Of a DNA stretch of 64,000 bases, positions 57,060-64,000 are shown piece by piece. This DNA comes from the human T2T-CHM13v2.0 reference genome, Homo sapiens: NCBI RefSeq assembly GCF_009914755.1, contig NC_060938.1; one strand, given 5' to 3'. The notes under the pieces were generated by a model, which worked only from the letters and a program-made list of their open reading frames with translations, did no database searches and was not told the DNA's origin. Position numbers and translations under genes: made by a program. The stretch's first letter is position 1; the number at the start of each line of letters is the position of its first letter.

Positions 57060-57206
57060 CATTTTCTTGTTCAAATAGAAAGCATTCCATATTCACACAT
57101 TATAATAAAACCAAATTGTAGCCAGGAGAATATATTTTGTTTTCCATTTTGCAAAAATATATGCCTTCACTTCATCCATTTTACATACAAAATGATGGAG
57201 CTCTAA
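57060..57206 (-). other. Candidate spliced exon (147 nt, stops in all three frames)
   Basis: Acceptor CTCTCTTCCTTTTTAAG| and donor ATG|GTAAGT. Confidence 0.35.
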
Positions 57207-57469
57207 CTTAAAAAGGAAGAGAGTGAAGGAACATCAGTTTTCTTCATGTATTTAAGCCTTTAATATTGGAATCTTCTCAGTCTTCACTTGGGATATATAT
57301 AGTCACAGAAGGGTTGAGACTGGGTTGGTGCCATCCATCTCAGTTCAAAGAATTTATTATTTCTAGGGTCCCTAAAGCTTTCATACCTAGCTATGAAACC
57401 TAGCTATAGTTTGCTAGGTTAAAACAGAAAACATTAAAACAGAAATTCACTAAAAAACACAAAAGGTAA

Positions 57470-58140
57470 ATAAATTAAGAAAAGCTTTTATCTGTCATAG
57501 TGGCACAAATTAAAAGATTGATAATTTTTTTGACAACGATATAAACAAATGGACATAGTCATTAACACTGGTTGAGGTATAATTCCATATTATTTTTGGA
57601 GGGCAATTTGGCACTATGTATTAAACCTGAAAATATGCCTAATTTTTGATTCAACAATTCTACTTTAAGGAATTAATCCTACAGAAATACTGCCAATATT
57701 GCCTAATAAATTTGTACATGGCAGTAAATATATATTGTAGTATATTTTATAATGGCAAAAATTGTAAGTAAAGTAGGTTCATCAGAAAAAGATTAAATAA
57801 ATTGTGGTACAACTATATGATGGTATACAATGTAATGAGAAAAGAATAAGATAGCTTGAAATGTTTGAACACAGAGGCAAATAGGCTGCTGATAATTTAA
57901 ATAAAAGCATTTGTAGAACAATATTTACCATGTAAGCCCACTTTTGAAAAATATGAATATGTACAATCATAAGAGAAATAGGCAAATACATCTATATAGA
58001 TACATATGTAACAAAATATTAAAAAATGTTACTTTTGGAAAGTAGGATTGTAATAGGACTATTCTGTTTCTAATATATCCATTCCTGTATTGTTTAAATT
58101 TTTATAGCAAGCATGTGTTAGTTTCATAAGAAAATACTTA
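57470..58140 (+). mobile_element. Old L1ME-like 3' end
   Basis: TTTGGAGGGCAATTTGGCA, TTTGATTCAACAATTCTACTT and TGTATTGTTTAAATTTTTATAGCAAGCATGTG. Confidence 0.7.
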
Positions 58141-58187
58141 CAAAGGAGAAAAATGGAAAAAAAAAAAGAAAGATTAATGGCTTGCTG

Positions 58188-59143
<956 letters not shown>

Positions 59144-60299
59144 CTAATTTTTTAAAAAATAACTGCAATCTAGAATTCTAAAAGAATGATTATGGAATAT
59201 TTTATGTAAGTGAAATAGATGGTTAAACTTGTAACATTTTTAGAAACATGCATTTTGTAAAAACATAAAAATATATATCAGAAATAATGAATGAAATACA
59301 GTTGGAATACAGTTCACAGTTGTTTAAATTTATATAGATACATGTTAGAATCATAGCATTTGAAAAATAAGCTTTGTGCAGATGAGTAATATCTTGTGTA
59401 TCTTACTGTATGTATATAGTTTATATACTTATATATGTATATAAGATATAGATATATCTTACTATATGTAAGATAGTTCCTAGAACACAGTAGGTACTCT
59501 ACTTTTTTTTTTAAGGATAAAAAGAAATGGCCTTAGTATCAAAATCAGAACTGGAGTGACAGAGGGATAAGATAGATGTGGCAGCAAGGGGAAGGGAATA
59601 TGTTGGAATGTCTAAGATTAGAAATCTAGGTATGTCTGCAGTATTAGATAAAGAATTTATACCAGGAATATGGGAAATTTGAACACAGGTATTAAAATTA
59701 AATCTAAATTGATAAATTTCGTTTACGGAGGAATATATAGGCAGATTTTGAGGATTAGCCAATACTCTGATTTAAGTTCAAATCAAGGGTGTCAGTGCAG
59801 TAGGAAAGAGAATAGATTATAACTTTGATGATCTAGCATCTGCTTTTTGATATTTATCTAGGAGAAGATATTGCATATTTTTCCAAGGGACAGTCAAGCT
59901 AAAGATTAGGAAATCCAGTTTCTTAGTATCTTGAAGTACCAAATACAGACTAAGTCACCTCACAATCAGTGATTCAGCTATTAAAATTAAGAGAGGCCAA
60001 CACTCAGGAGGGTTTAATGATAAATAATGACCCAAAGCTTCTGACACTACATCTTGCGCTAATAAATGGGGGTGAGGCCACTAAATATTCATGGGAATGT
60101 TAGTAATTCTAGTTTAGACTTAGAGAGCTATAGGTTCAGGGAATTAAGCAGACTATTATACCCTCATTTTAACAATGAGGATTGTTATATTCAGACTATC
60201 AATGGTTGGTTGGGCAATAATAGTTCCTGAGTTTTTGCTTTGTTTTCAATATGCAAAATCTTAGGGTGACAATTGTATGTAGTCTTTTGGTAAATTTTA

Positions 60300-60746
<447 letters not shown>

Positions 60747-61564
60747 CTAATTAAGTACTGAAAAAAGTAGAACAATTTGGTTATCAAGAGAAAATAAGAT
60801 AGCATTTATGTGCTCCCTCCAATGTTAAAAATATAATGCTTTAATAAAAAGAGAAAATACATCATTGAGCATTTTGTTTTCCTGAAGGAACTAAGCTATG
60901 CAGTGTTTAGAGCCCAACAATATTAAAACACACTTTAATATCCATAGTAACCAGTGACCTATGGCATATTTTTGTTTGAAGAATATATTCAAAGTATACT
61001 CTTTCCAATTGAGACAGCAATTATCCATTGCACTAGAAAACAAACAAAAACACTAAGAAAAGGTAGCAAAAAGACAAAATATTATGAAGAGAAAAACTAT
61101 AGAAACAAAATTTCAAATGTGTTTTCGAATTAATACCACCTATATTAAATTACTATGAATTTTTGATACTCAAAGTATGGTCCATGAAACACCCTGGACC
61201 TATTGAATCAGAGTCCACATTTTAACATTATCCCCAAGTGCATGCACATTTAGATTTAAGAAATACTGCTGTAAACAATTTATATTATTGTAAAATCTCA
61301 CTCAATTTCTGCCATCTTAGAGAAGCTGTTTCAGGCTTTCACTTCATAGCTAGAAATTGTGGTACAACTATATGATGGTATGATAGAAAACAAACAGTGC
61401 AACTTGATTGAGTTCTGAATTTCTAGTTCTAATACCATGTCTGATTTGTAGTAGAGCTTACTAAATAATTTTCAAATGAATAAATACATAAATGAGCACT
61501 CCCTTGGAGAATCTAACCGTCCGTTGTATCTCCAGCACCTTCAGAAGCTGTAGACTCTAGAAAG

Positions 61565-64000
61565 TGTCACAATGCAGAAATATAAAGGATCATAAGCAAA
61601 TACTAAAAGCAATTATATGCCAACAAACTGGATGACCTAGGAGAAATAGATAAATTCCTAGACACAGACAACCTACCAAGACTGAATTATAAAGAAATGG
61701 AAAATCTAAACATAAAAATAACGAGTAAGGAGATTGAATGAGTAATAGTCTCTCATTAAAGAAAAGTCCAGGATCTTATAGCTTCACAGCTGAATTCTAT
61801 CACACATTTAAAGGAAAACTACTCCCAACCCTTTCAAACTCTTCAAAACAACTGAAGAAGAGGAAGTAATGCCCAAACTCATCTTACAAAGCCAGTGTTA
61901 TTTTGATACCAAAGCCAGGCAAGAGCACTTCAAGACAAGAATTTTGGGGGCCAATATTCTCAATGAACACAAATACAAAAATCCTCAACAAAATAGTAGC
62001 AAACCAAATCAAACAGCACATTAAAAGGACCATTCACCAAGATCAAATGGGATTTATTCCAGGAATGAAAGGATAGCTTAAAATACACAGATCTATAAAC
62101 ATAATATACCACATTTGAAAGACAAAAACTATATGACCATCACAATAGATGCAGAAAAAGCATTTGACAAAATTCAACATTCTTTCATAGTAATAACCCA
62201 ATATATTTGATATAGAAGGATTGTACTGCAACACAATCAAAGTCACATATGACAAACCCACAGCTGACATTATACTCGAGGTGAAAAGTTGAAAGTTTTT
62301 CCTCTAAGATCAGGAACAAGACAAAGATGCCCACTGTCATCACTTCTATTCAACATACTAATTAATATTCTAGTACTGGAAGTCCTAGCCAGAGCAATTA
62401 GGCAAGAGAAAGAAATAAAAGACTTCCAAATTGGAAAGGATGAAGTTAAATGGTCACTGTTTGCAGATGACGTTATTTATGTATAGAAAATCCAAAAGAC
62501 TCCAGTAAAAAACTGTTAGAACAAATAAAAGAATTCAGCAAAGTTGCAGGATACAAAAATCACTAATGTTTCTTCGCAACAACAAAGAACTATCCAAAAA
62601 GAAATCAAGAAAACAATCTTATTTACAATATCTACAAAAAAAAATTATAAGTAAGTTTAACCAAGGAGGTGAAAGACTTGTACACTGAAAGCAACAAAAT
62701 ATTGAGGAAAGAAATTGAAGACACAATAATTGAAAAGATATCCCATATTCACGGGTTGGAAGAATTAATACTGTTAAAGTAGTCCATACTACCCAAAGTG
62801 ATCTACAGATTCGATGCAATCCCTATAAAAATTCCTATGACATTTTTCACAGAAGAGACAATCCTAAAACCCATACAAAACCATAAATGACATTGGCCTG
62901 GGCAAGAATTTTTTGAAATAACCCTAAAAGTACTGGCAACAAAGGCAAAAATAGACAAATAGGATTATTTCAAACTAAAAAGCTTCTGCACAGCAGACAA
63001 TCAACAGAATGGAGAAACAACCTATGGAGTTGGAGGAAATATTTGCAAATGGTGCATATGATAGGAGGTTAATATCGAAAGTATATAAGGAACTGAAAGA
63101 ACTTTACATTAGTCCGTTCTCACACTGCTATTATAAAGAAATACTCAGGACTGGGTAGTTTATAAAGGAAAGAGCTTTAATTGACTCACAGTTACACAAG
63201 GCTGGGGAGGCCTCAGGAAGTTTACAATCATGGTGGAAGGCGAAGAGGAAGCAAGCACCTTCTTCAAAAGGCAGAAGGAGAGAAATGAGCAAAGGAAGAG
63301 CTTCCAAACACCTATAAAACAATCAGATCTCGTGAGAACTCATTTACTTTCAGGAGTACAGCACAGGGGAACTGCCCCAATGATCCAATTACCTTTCTCC
63401 CTCAACACTTGGGGATTACAGGTTTCTCCCTAGACACGTGGGGATTACAATTCGAGATGAAACTTGGATGGGGACACAGAGCCAAACCATATCAAACTCA
63501 ATAGCAAGAAAGCAAATAACCTGATTGAAAAATGGGCAAAGAAGCTGAAAAATCTCTCAAAAGAAGGCACTCAAATGGTCAATAGATGTATGAAAAATGC
63601 TCAACATCACCAATCATTAGAGAAATGCAAATTAAAACTGCAATGAGATATTACCTCAAACCTGTTAGGATGGCCATTATCAAAAATATGGGCGATAATA
63701 GGCATTGGTGAGGATGTGGAGGAAAGGGAACCCTGGCTCCCTGTTGGTGGGAATGTAAATTAGTACAGCCATTATGGAAAATAGTATGAGAGTTCCTCAA
63801 AAAAATTAAAAACGGAACTACTATATTATCCAGCAATCCCACTACTGGGAATCCAAAGGAATTAAAATCAGTATGTTGTAGAGATACCCGTACTCTCATA
63901 TTCATTGTAGCATTATTCACAATAGCCAAGATATAGACTCAATCCTAGTGTACATCATTGGATGAATGAAGACAATCTGGGACTTATACATAATAAAATA
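61565..64000 (+). mobile_element. L1MA/MB ORF2 portion (internal deletion near 62890), split by a MaLR LTR; runs off the right edge
   Basis: [22 protein letters not shown]...[15 protein letters not shown]...LFADD. Confidence 0.92.
63105..63494 (-). mobile_element. THE1D/MSTA-like solo LTR
   Basis: ATTAGTCCGTTCTCACACTGCTAT...GGGGACACAGAGCCAAACCATATCA; TSD AACTT/AACTC; internal duplication of TTTCTCCCT..ACAC.TGGG(G)ATTACA. Confidence 0.9.

Overview
This is AT-rich, CpG-depleted great-ape (most likely human) non-coding DNA. It carries primate-specific Alu (J/S/Y, FLAM) and L1PA elements on top of older mammalian L1M, L2, MIR, CR1/L3, DNA transposons and about 15 LTRs (MaLR, ERV1, ERVL), many nested and with readable target-site duplications (TSDs). 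I found no credible protein-coding gene, CpG island, tRNA/rRNA/snRNA or CRISPR array, and no prokaryotic system. The ORFs I could assign to a known protein are retroelement remnants (L1 ORF2, CR1 endonuclease); the rest look like Alu- or low-complexity-derived or chance frames. Repeat family and subfamily names come from recalled consensus sequences, not a database run, and boundaries without TSDs are approximate. The main oddities are: (1) a MER50-like LTR fragment that looks like a polyadenylated, L1-retrotransposed ERV RNA end fused to an inverted L1 piece; (2) an exact 28-bp copy of a diverged L1M segment inserted 3.55 kb away; (3) a 29-bp-stem pre-miRNA-sized hairpin with a nested palindrome, plus other perfected inverted repeats suggesting template switching; (4) a solo left-arm Alu with TSDs; (5) several minus-strand acceptor/donor pairs that may be exons of a lncRNA or dead gene. 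I cannot support a new multi-gene biological system here.
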